64,000 bases of DNA, taken from an uncultured Candidatus Rokubacteria bacterium (GTDB lineage: Bacteria; Methylomirabilota; Methylomirabilia; Rokubacteriales; CSP1-6). The DNA lies in contig CAVWFS010000005.1 in assembly GCA_963754315.1 (NCBI GenBank), positions 1-64,000 of the forward strand, given 5' to 3'. Position 1 is the stretch's first letter, and every line of letters starts with the position of its first letter. The notes below the pieces were generated by a model. It was not told the DNA's origin. It saw only the letters and a list, made by a program, of their open reading frames with translations, and did not search any database. Below, piece by piece: positions 10,412 through 20,955 of the stretch. The position numbers were made by a program, and so were the translations under genes.

Positions 10412-10666
10412 ATGCCTGTGGAAAAGGTCTCCCTGAGCCTCGACGCCGATTTGGTGGCCAGCGCCCGCCGGGTGGCGGGGCACCGTGGCCTCTCGGCCCT
10501 CGTCAACGAGGCGCTGCGAATCAAACTGCAGCACGAGCGGCTCCGGACCGTCCTCGCCGAGATGGACGCCGAGTTCGGTCCCGTTCCGACCGCGGAGCTG
10601 GAGCGTGCACGCGTCGTATGGCCCGAACGCAACGCCCCCAGGCGCAAACCGCGGCCAAGCGCCTGA
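10412..10666 (+). CDS. RHH/CopG-type antitoxin (VapB-like)
   Basis: EKVSLSLDADLVASARRVAGHRGLSALVNEALR; upstream of and overlapping the PIN gene. Confidence 0.8.
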   Translation: MPVEKVSLSLDADLVASARRVAGHRGLSALVNEALRIKLQHERLRTVLAEMDAEFGPVPTAELERARVVWPERNAPRRKPRPSA

Positions 10667-11034
10667 TCCTCGACTCCGGGGCCGTCATCGCTTGGTCACG
10701 CGGCGACCCACGCGCCCGGGCCTTGCTGACCCGCGCGCTCGAGCTCGCGCTCGACGTCCGGATTCCCCTTGCCGTGCTGGCTGAAACCCTGCGCGGCGGT
10801 CCCCGGGACGCCCCCATCTACCGTGTTCGGAACGCAGTCGATGTCTTCCCGACCGAGGAGCCGACCGCCCGCCTCGCCGGCGCGTTGCTCGGTCGGACCG
10901 GAGGTACCAACACCGTGGATGCGCTCGTCGCGGCGGAGGCGGTCACCACAGCCGCCGACGTGCTCACCAGCGACGCCCACGACCTGCGCGCGCTCCTCAC
11001 CGGTCACCCGAGCGTGACGGTCACTCCGCTCTGA
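10618..11034 (+). CDS. PIN-domain toxin (VapC-like)
   Basis: LILDSGAVIA, VLAETLRG, VDALVAAEA, VLTSDAHDL (PIN acidic residues). Confidence 0.85.
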   Translation: MARTQRPQAQTAAKRLILDSGAVIAWSRGDPRARALLTRALELALDVRIPLAVLAETLRGGPRDAPIYRVRNAVDVFPTEEPTARLAGALLGRTGGTNTVDALVAAEAVTTAADVLTSDAHDLRALLTGHPSVTVTPL

Positions 11035-11057
11035 GCGAGCCCCCGCACATCATGACC

Positions 11058-11708
11058 TCAGCCCTGGGTCAGCATCCCGATCATCTCGTCGCTGCTCTTC
11101 ACGTCGGCAAACATGCGCGCCATGGTCTTGAGTTCCGCGTCGTGGGTGTCCCGATGAACCTCGGCCACCGCGTCGCTGACGATGATCATCCGGTAGTTGT
11201 ATTCGATACCTTCGCGAATCGTGGTGGAGACGCAGACACACGTGGTCACGCCCACCATCACGCAGGTGTTCACGCCGAGGTTTCTCAAGATTGTGTCAAG
11301 CGGTGTGTTGGCAAAGCCACCGAAGCCCTTCTTGATGACGACGTGATCGCCGTGCTCCGGCTTTAACTCGTCGACGATCTGCGCGCCCCAGCTCCCCTCG
11401 ACGATGAAGGTGCGATTCCCGCTCGTCGAGCCCTTGGTCGCCCGCCAATACGGGAACGCCGCATCCGCATAGTCAGGCCTCAGCACCTGGATGACATACA
11501 CCACCGGCCGCCCGGCTCTGCGGAACGCCTCCGCGAGGCGCTTCACATGCGGAATGGTGCTCATCAGAAACGGCATGTCGATCTTGGCCTCAGGGTGCTC
11601 ACGGGCTCGATGGGCGAACCCGCCATCGGCATGAACGAAGTCATTCTGCATGTCGACAATGACGAGCGCCGACGTGCGGATCTCCGGCCCGATGGGTCCC
11701 GTGAGCAT
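11058..11708 (-). CDS. Cysteine hydrolase / isochorismatase family
   Basis: ALVIVDMQNDF, VIKKGFGGF, GVTTCVCVSTT. Confidence 0.9.
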   Translation of the reverse strand: MLTGPIGPEIRTSALVIVDMQNDFVHADGGFAHRAREHPEAKIDMPFLMSTIPHVKRLAEAFRRAGRPVVYVIQVLRPDYADAAFPYWRATKGSTSGNRTFIVEGSWGAQIVDELKPEHGDHVVIKKGFGGFANTPLDTILRNLGVNTCVMVGVTTCVCVSTTIREGIEYNYRMIIVSDAVAEVHRDTHDAELKTMARMFADVKSSDEMIGMLTQG

Positions 11709-11862
11709 AGGCGGCCCCCTCTCAGACGCAGTATCGAACGAGATTATAGCCGGCGGCCCACCACGGCGCTCGTCGATCGGATAGGCCGTGCATCTCTCAC
11801 GGCCTCGCCGCCCCCGTATAATCCTCATGTTCGGCCGACTCGCACGTGAGGTCGAGGCGACC

Positions 11863-12487
11863 ATGGACGCACCCGAGGTTCGCTACACGAAGAGCCGTGA
11901 CGTCAGTATTGCTTACTCGGTGGTCGGCGATGGGCCGTTCGACCTGGTCTTCATTGTCGGGTGGGTAGTCTCAACGCTCGAATTCGCCTGGGAGGGCCCC
12001 GCCGGCCGACTTCTTCCGTGCGCTGAGCTCGTTCTCTCGCCTGATTCTCTTCGACAAGCGGGGCACCGGGCTCTCGGATCGCGTGCAGGGGATCCCCCAG
12101 GTGGAGACCCGGGGACATCCGGGCCGTGATGGACGCCGTCGGCTCCCGACGGGCGGCGATCATGGGCGTCTCCGAGGGCGGGTTGCTGACGACGGTGTTC
12201 GCCGCGCGATCCACTGTGCCTGCGCAATGAACGAAGCGGTGAAGGAAGTGGGGCTCGAGCTCCGGGCCGGCCTTCATACCGGCGAGTGTGAGATCGTCGA
12301 CGGCAAGGTCGGCGGAATCGCCGTGCACATCGGCGCCAGGATAACCGCGCAGGCCGAGCCAGGTGAGGTGTTTCCAGTACCGTCAGGGACCTCGTCGCGG
12401 GATCGGGTATCCGGTTTCTTGATCGTGGCGTGGCACACCTCAAGGGCGTTCCCGGTGAGTGGCGCCTGTACCGTGTGGACGCCTAAG
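11863..12487 (+). pseudogene. Alpha/beta-hydrolase + adenylate/guanylate cyclase fusion (LipJ-like), internally deleted
   Basis: VRYTKSRDVSIAYSVVGDGP, FDKRGTGLSDR, GVSEGG, then a jump to [32 protein letters not shown]. Far shorter than the intact family architecture. Confidence 0.75.
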
Positions 12488-12522
12488 GCGGCCGAACGCC
12501 TGGCTCGGCGCGTCGAGGACAC

Positions 12523-13509
12523 ATGAGTCTGAGAGCAGTCAGCTTCCTCCTCCTAGGCCTTGGCCTGCTCGGATGGCCACTCACCGCGCAACCGCAGCAG
12601 CCGGCGAAGACCGCCCGGGTTGGGATCCTCGTGGCGGGGCCAGCCGAGCCCGAAGCAGAGACCTACCTTGCGTTCCGCCAAGGTCTGCGTGAGCGCGGGT
12701 GGATTGAAGGCCGGAATCTGGCCCTCGACTTTCGCTACGCCGACAACCGCTACGAGCGGCTTCCGACCCTGGCCGCCGAGCTGGTCACTCTGAAGCCCGA
12801 TGTGATCTTCGCCGTCGCGGCACCCGCGATTCGGGCAGCGACCCAGACAACAAGCACGATTCCGATCGTCTTCGAAACCCTGGGAGACGCGGCAAGCGCC
12901 GGGCTGGTCCAGGATCTGGCGCGTCCGGCCGGCAACATCACCGGTGTGTCCGGTTTCGCGCCAGAGCTCATGACCAAACGCCTCCAGCTTTTGCGTGAAA
13001 TCCTTCCGAAGGCGGCCAGCATCGGTGTCCTCGCCAATTTGGCAAATCCCACGTCCCCGCCTGTCGTTCGAGCGACCGAGACGGCCGCGCGACATCTGCA
13101 GGTACAGCTCCATGTAGTGGACGTCCGCGACACCGGCGAGCTGGTCGGGGCGTTCGACAGATTGCGCCGTCAGGGGGCAGACGCACTCATGGTGGTGTCA
13201 GACCCGATGCTCTCGAGTCAATCGCGGCAGCTTGTCGAGCTCGCGGAGCGCAACCGCCTACCGACCGTCTATGAGCAGCGTGTGTTTCCGGAGGTCGGTG
13301 GGCTACTCTCCTACGGTCCCGGCCGACTCGATCGATTCCAGCGCGCTGCCGTGTATGTCGACCGCATACTGCGGGGTGCGAAGCCGGCCGAGCTTCCAAT
13401 CGAGCGGCCGACGAAGTTCGAGCTCGTCATCAATCTGAAGGCCGCCAAAGGGCTCCGCCTTGCCATCCCGCCGTCCGTTCTGCTGCAGGCGGATGACGTC
13501 ATACAGTAG
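12523..13509 (+). CDS. Solo ABC substrate-binding protein (ABC_sub_bind family)
   Basis: Signal peptide; GWIEGRN, LARPAGNITG, YVDRILRGAKPAELPIERPTKFELVINLK. Confidence 0.88.
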   Translation: MSLRAVSFLLLGLGLLGWPLTAQPQQPAKTARVGILVAGPAEPEAETYLAFRQGLRERGWIEGRNLALDFRYADNRYERLPTLAAELVTLKPDVIFAVAAPAIRAATQTTSTIPIVFETLGDAASAGLVQDLARPAGNITGVSGFAPELMTKRLQLLREILPKAASIGVLANLANPTSPPVVRATETAARHLQVQLHVVDVRDTGELVGAFDRLRRQGADALMVVSDPMLSSQSRQLVELAERNRLPTVYEQRVFPEVGGLLSYGPGRLDRFQRAAVYVDRILRGAKPAELPIERPTKFELVINLKAAKGLRLAIPPSVLLQADDVIQ

Positions 13510-13582
13510 GCGGCGGGCACCCGGCCCAGCGCTGCCGGCCGCTCACGAGGACCGTTCGATGGCGCGCTGACGGGAGGAGGCA

Positions 13583-13906
13583 ATGAGCGAGCAGAACAAG
13601 AGGTTGGTCCGCGAAATCACCGACGTCATCTGGAACAGCCGCGGCACTGCCCGGCTCCCCGAGTTTTACGCGCCTGATTTCGTGGGGGACTATCGTCCGT
13701 ATGCCGTTCGCGAAGGACACGAGGGCATCCGCGCCATGGTCGAGGGAGCCTGGACAGCGTTTCCGGACTACCACGAGGAGATCCACGAACTCATCGCCGA
13801 AGGCCGGCGGGTCGTGCTCCATTTGACCATCTCAGGCAGCGCGGGGATCGTGGACAATCTGTCAGCGCTGAGGCAGCTCGGCGCCGTGCCGTCGCCGCGA
13901 TCGTGA
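13583..13906 (+). CDS. SnoaL-like ester cyclase, probably internally shortened
   Basis: MSEQNKRLVR, AFPDYHEEIHELIAEGRRVV, ending DNLSALRQLG; the middle strands appear missing. Confidence 0.65.
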   Translation: MSEQNKRLVREITDVIWNSRGTARLPEFYAPDFVGDYRPYAVREGHEGIRAMVEGAWTAFPDYHEEIHELIAEGRRVVLHLTISGSAGIVDNLSALRQLGAVPSPRS

Positions 13907-14006
13907 TAGACGCTGTACATGACGCCCGCCGACCAAGAGGCGTGTGCGGACCGGCTCGACGCCGCCAGCCCAGCCTGAGCGTATGTCGACAAGGTTTGGA
14001 ACGAAG

Positions 14007-14991
14007 ATGAAGAAGGTGACCGCCAGAGTTGTCCTCGTCCTTCTTCTGGGCCTAGGTCTGTCGGGCCCGCCGATGGCCGCGTCGGCGCAGCAGGCCGGCA
14101 CGGTGTACCGGGTTGGGCGACTCGCGGGAGGCTCGGAACCCCTGATCGCTCGAGGCATTCCGGCAGGGGCTCCGAGACCTCGGCTGGGTTGTCGATCGGA
14201 ACGTTCTGGTCGAGGCCCGGTCTGCGGAAGGGGAACAGGATCGGCTGCCCGCGCTCGCAGAGGAGTTGGTGCGGCTCAGAGTCGACGTCATCGTCGCGGC
14301 CGGTGACGCGTCGATTCAAGCCGCGCGGCGAGCGACCAGCTCCATCCCCATCGTCATGGCCGTATCCACCGATGCTGTGGAACGAGGCTTCGTCGCGAGC
14401 CTGGCTCGGCCGGGTGGGAACATCACCGGCATGACGGCGTTCACGCCGGAACTCGCAGGTAAGCGCATCCAGCTCCTGCGGGACATCCTGCCAAGAGCGC
14501 GGCGGCTCGGCGTCGTGTCCGCGCCGATTGAGTTTCATCGAAGCGAGCTTGCGCGGATTGGAAGCGCCGCCCGCGCATTGGGCTTCGACGTCCAGTCAAT
14601 CGAGGCGAGGGACGCAGGCGCCTTCGTGCGCGCCGTCGGGGTTCTCGCCGGCGGCGGCGTGGATGCCGTGTATGTTCAGCCAAGCGCGCCGACCGATCCG
14701 GCGCGGAGCCAGATGGCCGATGCTGCACTCAAGGCCCGTCTCCCTGCCATGGGCGCCATTCCCAACTACGCGGAGTCAGGCTTCCTCCTCTCGTATGGAG
14801 CGAGCAATGTCGCGTGGGCGCACCGCAGTGCGTACTTCGTCGACCGGATCCTCCGAGGCGCCCGGCCGGCAGACCTTCCCGTCGAGCAACCCACCAAGTT
14901 CGAGCTGGTGATCAATCTCAAAACAGCCAAGCTCTTAGGCCTGACGATTCCCCAGTCGTTGCTGGTGCGGGCGGACCAGTTGATCGAGTAA
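14007..14991 (+). CDS. Solo ABC substrate-binding protein (ABC_sub_bind family), frameshifted near 14150
   Basis: Signal MKKVTARVVLVLLLGLG; SLARPGGNITG, FVDRILRGARPADLPVEQPTKFELVINLKTAK. Confidence 0.82.
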
Positions 14992-15083
14992 CCGAGCATC
15001 GGGAACGAAGGAGGACGACGGGTTCACCATGCGATGCTTTCTTCCCCGCACCGCGCCGGGGCAACCGGCGCCCGGGAGCCATC

Positions 15084-16493
15084 ATGAGCGCCGACTGGAC
15101 CGCCATATGTGAGAGCACACTCACCGACGCGGCACGCCACCTCCGGACGAAGGCAATCTCCCCGATCGAGCTGGCCACCGCGATGCTCGAGCGAATCGGA
15201 CGGCTCGATCCCACCTTGCATAGCTACCTGACCCTCACCCCGGACCTCGCGATGCGCCAGGCTCGACAGGCGGAGCAGGAGATCCAGGCCGGCCAGTATC
15301 GCGGCCCGCTTCATGGGGTGCCGGTGGGTATCAAGGATCTCTGCTCCACGAGAGGCGTCAAGACCACGTGCGCCTCACGGATCCTCGCCGACTGGGTGCC
15401 CGATCACGACGCGACAGTGGTCGAAAAACTGGCCGCGGCGGGAGCCGTCATGCTCGGCAAGCTGAACATGACGGAGTTCGCCTATGGCGGATATCACCCG
15501 AGCCTGCCGGTGCCGGTCAACCCGTGGGCAGCAGATCGCTGGCCGGGCGCGTCGTCGAGCGGGTCGGGGGTAGCGACGGCCGCCGCGCTCTGCTTTGCAT
15601 CACTTGGTTCCGACACGGGCGGGTCGATCCGCTTCCCGTCGGCGGCGTGCGGGATCGTCGGCGTCAAGCCGACGTACGGGTGCGTCAGCCGGTTTGGCGT
15701 CTTCCCTCTCGCAGAATCGCTGGACCACATCGGCCCCATGACCCGCACCGTTGCCGATGCCGCCGCCGTCCTCGGAGCGATCGGCGGTTTCGATCCGCGC
15801 GACCCGACCACGCGGCGTGATTCCCCACCCGACTATCTCACCGGCCTCGGAGCGGACCTACGCGGGCTGACGATCGGGCTGGACGAGCGGTACTGCACGG
15901 AGGGGACCGATCCCGAGGTGACCCGGGCGGTCCTCGCCGCGGCTCATGTGTGTCGCGATCTGGGTGCTCGGCTTCACACGGTGAGCGTCACGGGCATCGT
16001 GGCGGCGGCGGATGACTGGTATGCCGTCTGTGCGGTGGAGGCCGCGGCCGCCCACGAGGCCTATTTCCCCGCGCGGGCCGCCGAATATGGTCCGACGTTC
16101 CGCAGCCTGCTCGAGGACGGCGCCAGGACGAGCGCGCGCGAGTACGCCAAGGCCCAGTTCCGGCGGCGCGAGGTGTGCCGGATCATCGACGACCTGTGGC
16201 AGGACGTTGATTTGCTCCTCTGCCCTTCGATGCCCACGCCGCCACCGCCGCTGGCCGAGCTTCGCCCCGATTCGGTGCTGCCGGCCGCCGCGGTGGCGCC
16301 GCTCCTGCGGTTCACTGCTCCCTTCGACTTCACCGGCAGCCCCACGATCTCCGTGCCCTGTGGGATCACCGCGGCCGGCCTGCCAGTCAGCCTGCAGATC
16401 GTCGGACGCCATGGCGACGAGGCGACGGTGCTCCGCGCGGGGCACGCGTTCGAGCAGGCGACCGACTGGCACCGGCGGCGGCCGACGGTGTGA
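15084..16493 (+). CDS. Amidase signature family enzyme
   Basis: GPLHGVPVGIKD, GASSSGSG, LGSDTGGSIRFPS. Confidence 0.92.
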   Translation: MSADWTAICESTLTDAARHLRTKAISPIELATAMLERIGRLDPTLHSYLTLTPDLAMRQARQAEQEIQAGQYRGPLHGVPVGIKDLCSTRGVKTTCASRILADWVPDHDATVVEKLAAAGAVMLGKLNMTEFAYGGYHPSLPVPVNPWAADRWPGASSSGSGVATAAALCFASLGSDTGGSIRFPSAACGIVGVKPTYGCVSRFGVFPLAESLDHIGPMTRTVADAAAVLGAIGGFDPRDPTTRRDSPPDYLTGLGADLRGLTIGLDERYCTEGTDPEVTRAVLAAAHVCRDLGARLHTVSVTGIVAAADDWYAVCAVEAAAAHEAYFPARAAEYGPTFRSLLEDGARTSAREYAKAQFRRREVCRIIDDLWQDVDLLLCPSMPTPPPPLAELRPDSVLPAAAVAPLLRFTAPFDFTGSPTISVPCGITAAGLPVSLQIVGRHGDEATVLRAGHAFEQATDWHRRRPTV

Positions 16494-16520
16494 CGTCGGG
16501 GACGGGCCCTGAGCGAACCC

Positions 16521-17445
16521 TCAGCGCGGGGGTGAGAAGGCGAAATACTCCCGCGGGTTGTCCTCGGTCATGGTCCGGATGCTTCGCCTCGTCGACGCCA
16601 GCCTTGCGCAGCCGGGGCAGGAAGTCGCGGACGAGGAAACCGTAGCCGCGCCCACCACGGCCGGCGAGGTCGCGGAGCCGGGCGGTATCCTGGCCGAGCA
16701 GGATCTGGCCCACGTGGCCGCGCGCGATGAGGCGCACGATCATGTCCACGCGCTGGTCGTCGGTCATGTCGGACGGGTTGCTGATGCGGTCGAAGCTCAG
16801 GTAGGCACCCCGCTGGGCGACCGCGAAGTGGTAGTCGGGCGACGGATTCGTGTCCATGTGCGAGACGGCGATCCGGCGCGCATCGACACCCCGCGCCGTG
16901 AGAAAGTCGACTTCCTCGGGCGCGAGCGTGCCGTCCGTAGTGTGTGTGTAGATCGGAACGCCCGTGCGCTTGTGCACGATCGCCGCCGCCTCGAACACCG
17001 TCTTCTCGGCGTCGAGAGCTTGTCGGGCGCTCCAGCCGATCTCTCCGATCACGCCAGCGCGGGCGCCGGTCATGGCCGTACCGACCAGGACGTCGTGCTC
17101 CATGATCGCCGCCAGCCGGCCGACGTCGCCCGCTCGGACGAGCGGCGGCAAATGCTGCCCGAAGAACCAACCGGTACTGCCGATGATGTGGGTGGCGGAT
17201 GCCGTCGCCACGCGCGTCAACGCGTCCAGGTCGTGGTTGGTATCGACGGTGGACAGCTCCCCGATGCTCTTGATGCCCCCCTTGACCGCCAGCTCGAGCT
17301 CCCGGGTCATCTCGGTCTCGTCCTTGAGCGTCAAGTCGGGATCGCCCCAGATCGGGCAGTGATCCTGGATGACGTGCTCGTGGGCCAGTGTGAAGCCGAG
17401 CTGTTCGGGGGTGATGTCGCCCAGCACGGTTCGAACGATCTTCAT
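16521..17445 (-). CDS. Phosphotriesterase/lactonase family metallohydrolase (frameshift near C-terminus)
   Basis: VRTVLGDITPEQLGFTLAHEH, GVIGEIG, IYTHT, SHMD, LLGQD; shifted tail MTEDNPREYFAF. Confidence 0.85.
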
Positions 17446-18212
17446 GGTGATCTCCTGGTTCGGTGATTTAGGGGCCAGTGTGCTCCGCGCTGGGTGCTCT
17501 CCGCCCGAGATAGGCTTCCAGCACCTGCGCGTCGGCAAGCAGATCGCTGCCGCGCCCCTCGAGCGAAGACATTCCCGGTCTCGAGCACGTAGGCTCGATC
17601 GCACACCTCGAGCGCCATCCACGCCATCTGCTCCACCAGCAGGATCGTCAGTCCCTCCCCGCGCAGTCGCACGAGCGTCTCGAAGACTTCCTGCACCCGG
17701 ATCGGGGCGAGCCCGAGCGACGGTTCGTCGATCAGGAGGATCGTCGGGCGGGACATGAGGCCCCGGGCCAGCACGAGCATCTGCTGCTCACCACCGCTCA
17801 GCGTCCCCGCCGGCTGGTTCAATCGCTCGGCGAGCTGCGGAAACAGCCGGGTCATTCGCGCGATGTCCGTGTGCACCCCATCGCGCCCGCGCGTGACCCG
17901 GCTGCTGTATGCGCCAAGGATCAGGTTGTCCTGCACCGTCTGATCAGGAAAGACGCGCCGGCCCTCGGGCACGAGCGAGAGGCCCCAGCGGACAATGCGA
18001 TGGGCAGGCTCCCCGGTCAGACGCCGGTCGTCGTACCAGACGTCACCCGCTGATGGTCGCACGAGCCCCATGATGGCCTTCATGAGCGTCGACTTGCCGG
18101 CCCCGTTGGCGCCGACCACGGCGACCATTTCTCCGGGCGGCACCTCGAGGGAGACGCCCCGGAGAGCGTGCACGTGACCGTAGTGGACATGCAGCTCTTT
18201 CACCGCGAGCAT
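17442..18212 (-). CDS. livF: Branched-chain amino acid-type ABC ATPase
   Basis: GANGAGKST, LSGGEQQML, LIDEPSLGLAP; tail frameshifted. Confidence 0.85.
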   Translation of the reverse strand: MLAVKELHVHYGHVHALRGVSLEVPPGEMVAVVGANGAGKSTLMKAIMGLVRPSAGDVWYDDRRLTGEPAHRIVRWGLSLVPEGRRVFPDQTVQDNLILGAYSSRVTRGRDGVHTDIARMTRLFPQLAERLNQPAGTLSGGEQQMLVLARGLMSRPTILLIDEPSLGLAPIRVQEVFETLVRLRGEGLTILLVEQMAWMALEVCDRAYVLETGNVFARGARQRSACRRAGAGSLSRAESTQRGAHWPLNHRTRRSP

Positions 18213-20023
18213 GCGACACTCCGCACGCGCCCGAGATACGCCTCGATGACGCGCTCGTCACGCTGCACCTGTTCGGGCGAGCCGTCGGCAATCTTGACGC
18301 CGTAGTCGAGGACGGTGACGACATCGGAGATCCGCATCACCAGGTCCATGTGGTGCTCGATCAGCAGGACGGTGACCCCCCAGCCCCGGATTCGCTGGAT
18401 CAGATCGTTGATGACATCGATCTCGTGGGCATTCAGCCCCGCCGCCGGTTCGTCGAGCAGCAGGAGGGATGGCCGGAGCGCCAGCGCCCGGGCGATCTCG
18501 AGCACGCGCTGCTGGCCGTACGGGAGCGCGGTGGCCACCGTGTCCGCCTGCTCGGAGAGCCCGACCTCACGCAACAGGATGAGCGCGTGCTGGCGAACCC
18601 TCTCCTCGGCGGCTCGAAGCGCCCGCGTGCGCAGAGCGCATGACAAGAGCTGAGCCCGGTGCGTGAGCGGGAACCCGCACATCACGTTCTCAAGGACGGT
18701 CATCTGGCCAAACAGCTGCAAGTTCTGGAACGTCCTGCTCACCCCGGCTCGCGCCATCCGATAGGCCGGCCACCCGGTGACGACTTCGCCCTCGAGCACG
18801 ACTCGACCCCCCGTGGGCTGGTACAGACCGGCGACAATGTTGACGACGGTGGTCTTGCCCGCACCGTTCGGCCCGATGAGGGCATGGATCGAGGCCCGAT
18901 GCACCACGAGGTGGAGCGCGTCGACGGCAAGGAGACCGCCAAAACGCATCCGCAGCTGCTCGAGACGGAGCAGTTCGACGCCGGGTTGACCGGGACGCGC
19001 GGGGGCTAGCTCGTGCACGTCCGGCTGCCCATCGCTGTCGACCGGACGCAGAGGGCTCGTCCGGCGGCTGCGCCGGCGGGCGACCCAGCTCTCGACGGTC
19101 CCGACGACCCCCTGCGGCAAACCGTACATCACCCCCACCAGGAGCACGCCGTATACGATCAGCCGAAACTGGGCGAAGCGGTGCAGGAGCTCGGGCAGGA
19201 ACGTCAGGCACAGAGCGCCGACGACCGGACCGAGCCGCGTGGCCTTGCCTCCGAAGATCACGATCAGCACGAAGAAGACCGACTGGAGAAATTCGAAGGA
19301 GTCCGGGCTGATGTACGCCTGATGGAACGCGAACAGACCGCCGCCGAGCCCGGCCAGCGCTGCGCTCAGCATGAAGCCGAGGACCTTCGTACCGTGAACG
19401 GAGACGCCCACTGCTGCCGCTGCCACCTCGCTCTGCCGGACGGCCAGAAAGCTGCGTCCGCGGGGCGACAAGATCCAGTGATGCTGGAAGATCAAGACCA
19501 GGCCGAGGATGCCCAGGACGAGAACATAAAAGCTCGTCCCGCGCAGGGGCAGGCCGCCGACATGCAGGCGTGGAATGGCCGTGATGCCCAGCGGCCCTCC
19601 CGTGAAGCCGGTCCACTCCATGAGCACCGAGAAGACGATGATCCCGAACGCGATGGTCACCATGGCCAGGTAGGGCCCCTTGACCCGGAGGGCGGGGTAC
19701 GCGACGGCGGCGCCGACGATGGCTGCGACCACGAGGCCCAGCACGAGGCCGCCCCACAGATGAAGACCCGTCGCCTTCAGCACGTCGACATTGTTAAGCG
19801 CTTTGCCGACCATGGCCGCCGTGTAGGCACCGAAGGCGAAAAAGCCCGCGTGGCCCAGCGAGACCTGGCCCAGGTAGCCGATGAGGAGGTTCAGGCCGAT
19901 CGCGACGATGGCGTAGATGCCGACGAGCGTTGCGAGAAACAGATAGTAGTTGGAGCCGAGGGCGAGCGGCACCAGAGCGACCGCGATCCCGACCGCGAGC
20001 CCAAGCACTCGGCCGGTCAGCAC
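18200..20023 (-). CDS. Fused LivM permease + LivG ATPase
   Basis: GYLGQVSLGHAGF permease, then GPNGAGKTT, LPYGQQRVLEIARAL, LDEPAAGL. Confidence 0.88.
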   Translation of the reverse strand: MLTGRVLGLAVGIAVALVPLALGSNYYLFLATLVGIYAIVAIGLNLLIGYLGQVSLGHAGFFAFGAYTAAMVGKALNNVDVLKATGLHLWGGLVLGLVVAAIVGAAVAYPALRVKGPYLAMVTIAFGIIVFSVLMEWTGFTGGPLGITAIPRLHVGGLPLRGTSFYVLVLGILGLVLIFQHHWILSPRGRSFLAVRQSEVAAAAVGVSVHGTKVLGFMLSAALAGLGGGLFAFHQAYISPDSFEFLQSVFFVLIVIFGGKATRLGPVVGALCLTFLPELLHRFAQFRLIVYGVLLVGVMYGLPQGVVGTVESWVARRRSRRTSPLRPVDSDGQPDVHELAPARPGQPGVELLRLEQLRMRFGGLLAVDALHLVVHRASIHALIGPNGAGKTTVVNIVAGLYQPTGGRVVLEGEVVTGWPAYRMARAGVSRTFQNLQLFGQMTVLENVMCGFPLTHRAQLLSCALRTRALRAAEERVRQHALILLREVGLSEQADTVATALPYGQQRVLEIARALALRPSLLLLDEPAAGLNAHEIDVINDLIQRIRGWGVTVLLIEHHMDLVMRISDVVTVLDYGVKIADGSPEQVQRDERVIEAYLGRVRSVACSR

Positions 20024-20025
20024 GG

Positions 20026-20928
20026 TCAGACCTTCTCGATCTGGGCGCGGCCAAAGATACCTGAGGGCCGGACGAGGAGGACGAGGATCACGAGCAGGAA
20101 GCCCAAGGTGTCGCGGATGCCGGGGTAAATGTAGCCGGCACACAGGGCCTCGAAGATGCCGTAGGCCAGCGCGCAGATGAAGATGCCGCGCGGGCTGTCG
20201 AGCCCGCCGATGATCGCGACGGCGAAGGCCTTGAGGCCGAGGATGTTCCCCATGGTGGACTCGGCCAAGGTCACGGGCGCCACCAGGATGCCGCCGACGG
20301 CGGCGAGGGCCGAGCTGATGGCGAACGACAGCGAGACCATCGCCTTGACGTTGATACCCATGAGGCTCGCCACGTCGAAATCGTAGGCTGTCGCCCGCAG
20401 GGCCTTGCCGGCCACCGTTCGAGCGTAGAACAGATCCAGGGCCGCCATGAGGGCGCAGCTAGCGCCGATGATTAGCAGCTCTTGCGGGTAAATCCCGATG
20501 CCGAACCACCGGATCGGCTCCCCAGCGACGGCCGGCGGGAACGGCAAGGCCTCCCGCCCCCAGACGAGCTGAGCGAGGTTCTCGGCGATGATGCCGATCG
20601 CCAATGTGCTGAGCACCCACGACATCGACTCGGCGGTTAGAAACGGGCGAACGCTGACCCGCTCGACCAGAAGGGTGAACGCGACCAGAACCAGAATCGA
20701 TGCTGCGATGGCCGGCAGCAGCGGCCAGCTCCACCAGACGTGGAACGTCAGACCGAGCATCGCCCCCAGCATCACGAACTGGCCCTGCGAGAAGTTCAGG
20801 ACCTTGACCGTGGTGAACGTGATGCTGTAACCGACGGCCACCAGGCCGTAGATGCTGCCTACGGCGGCGCCGCTGATCACCAGCTGAAGGAAGAACACCA
20901 TGGCGGCATTCGGGGACACCTCGCTCAT
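20026..20928 (-). CDS. livH: Branched-chain amino acid-type ABC permease
   Basis: GSIYGLVAVGYS, LNFSQG, LKAFAVAIIGG, RPSGIFG. Confidence 0.88.
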   Translation of the reverse strand: MSEVSPNAAMVFFLQLVISGAAVGSIYGLVAVGYSITFTTVKVLNFSQGQFVMLGAMLGLTFHVWWSWPLLPAIAASILVLVAFTLLVERVSVRPFLTAESMSWVLSTLAIGIIAENLAQLVWGREALPFPPAVAGEPIRWFGIGIYPQELLIIGASCALMAALDLFYARTVAGKALRATAYDFDVASLMGINVKAMVSLSFAISSALAAVGGILVAPVTLAESTMGNILGLKAFAVAIIGGLDSPRGIFICALAYGIFEALCAGYIYPGIRDTLGFLLVILVLLVRPSGIFGRAQIEKV

Positions 20929-20955
20929 CGAGGCGCCCCCGGACCTCGACCGAGG

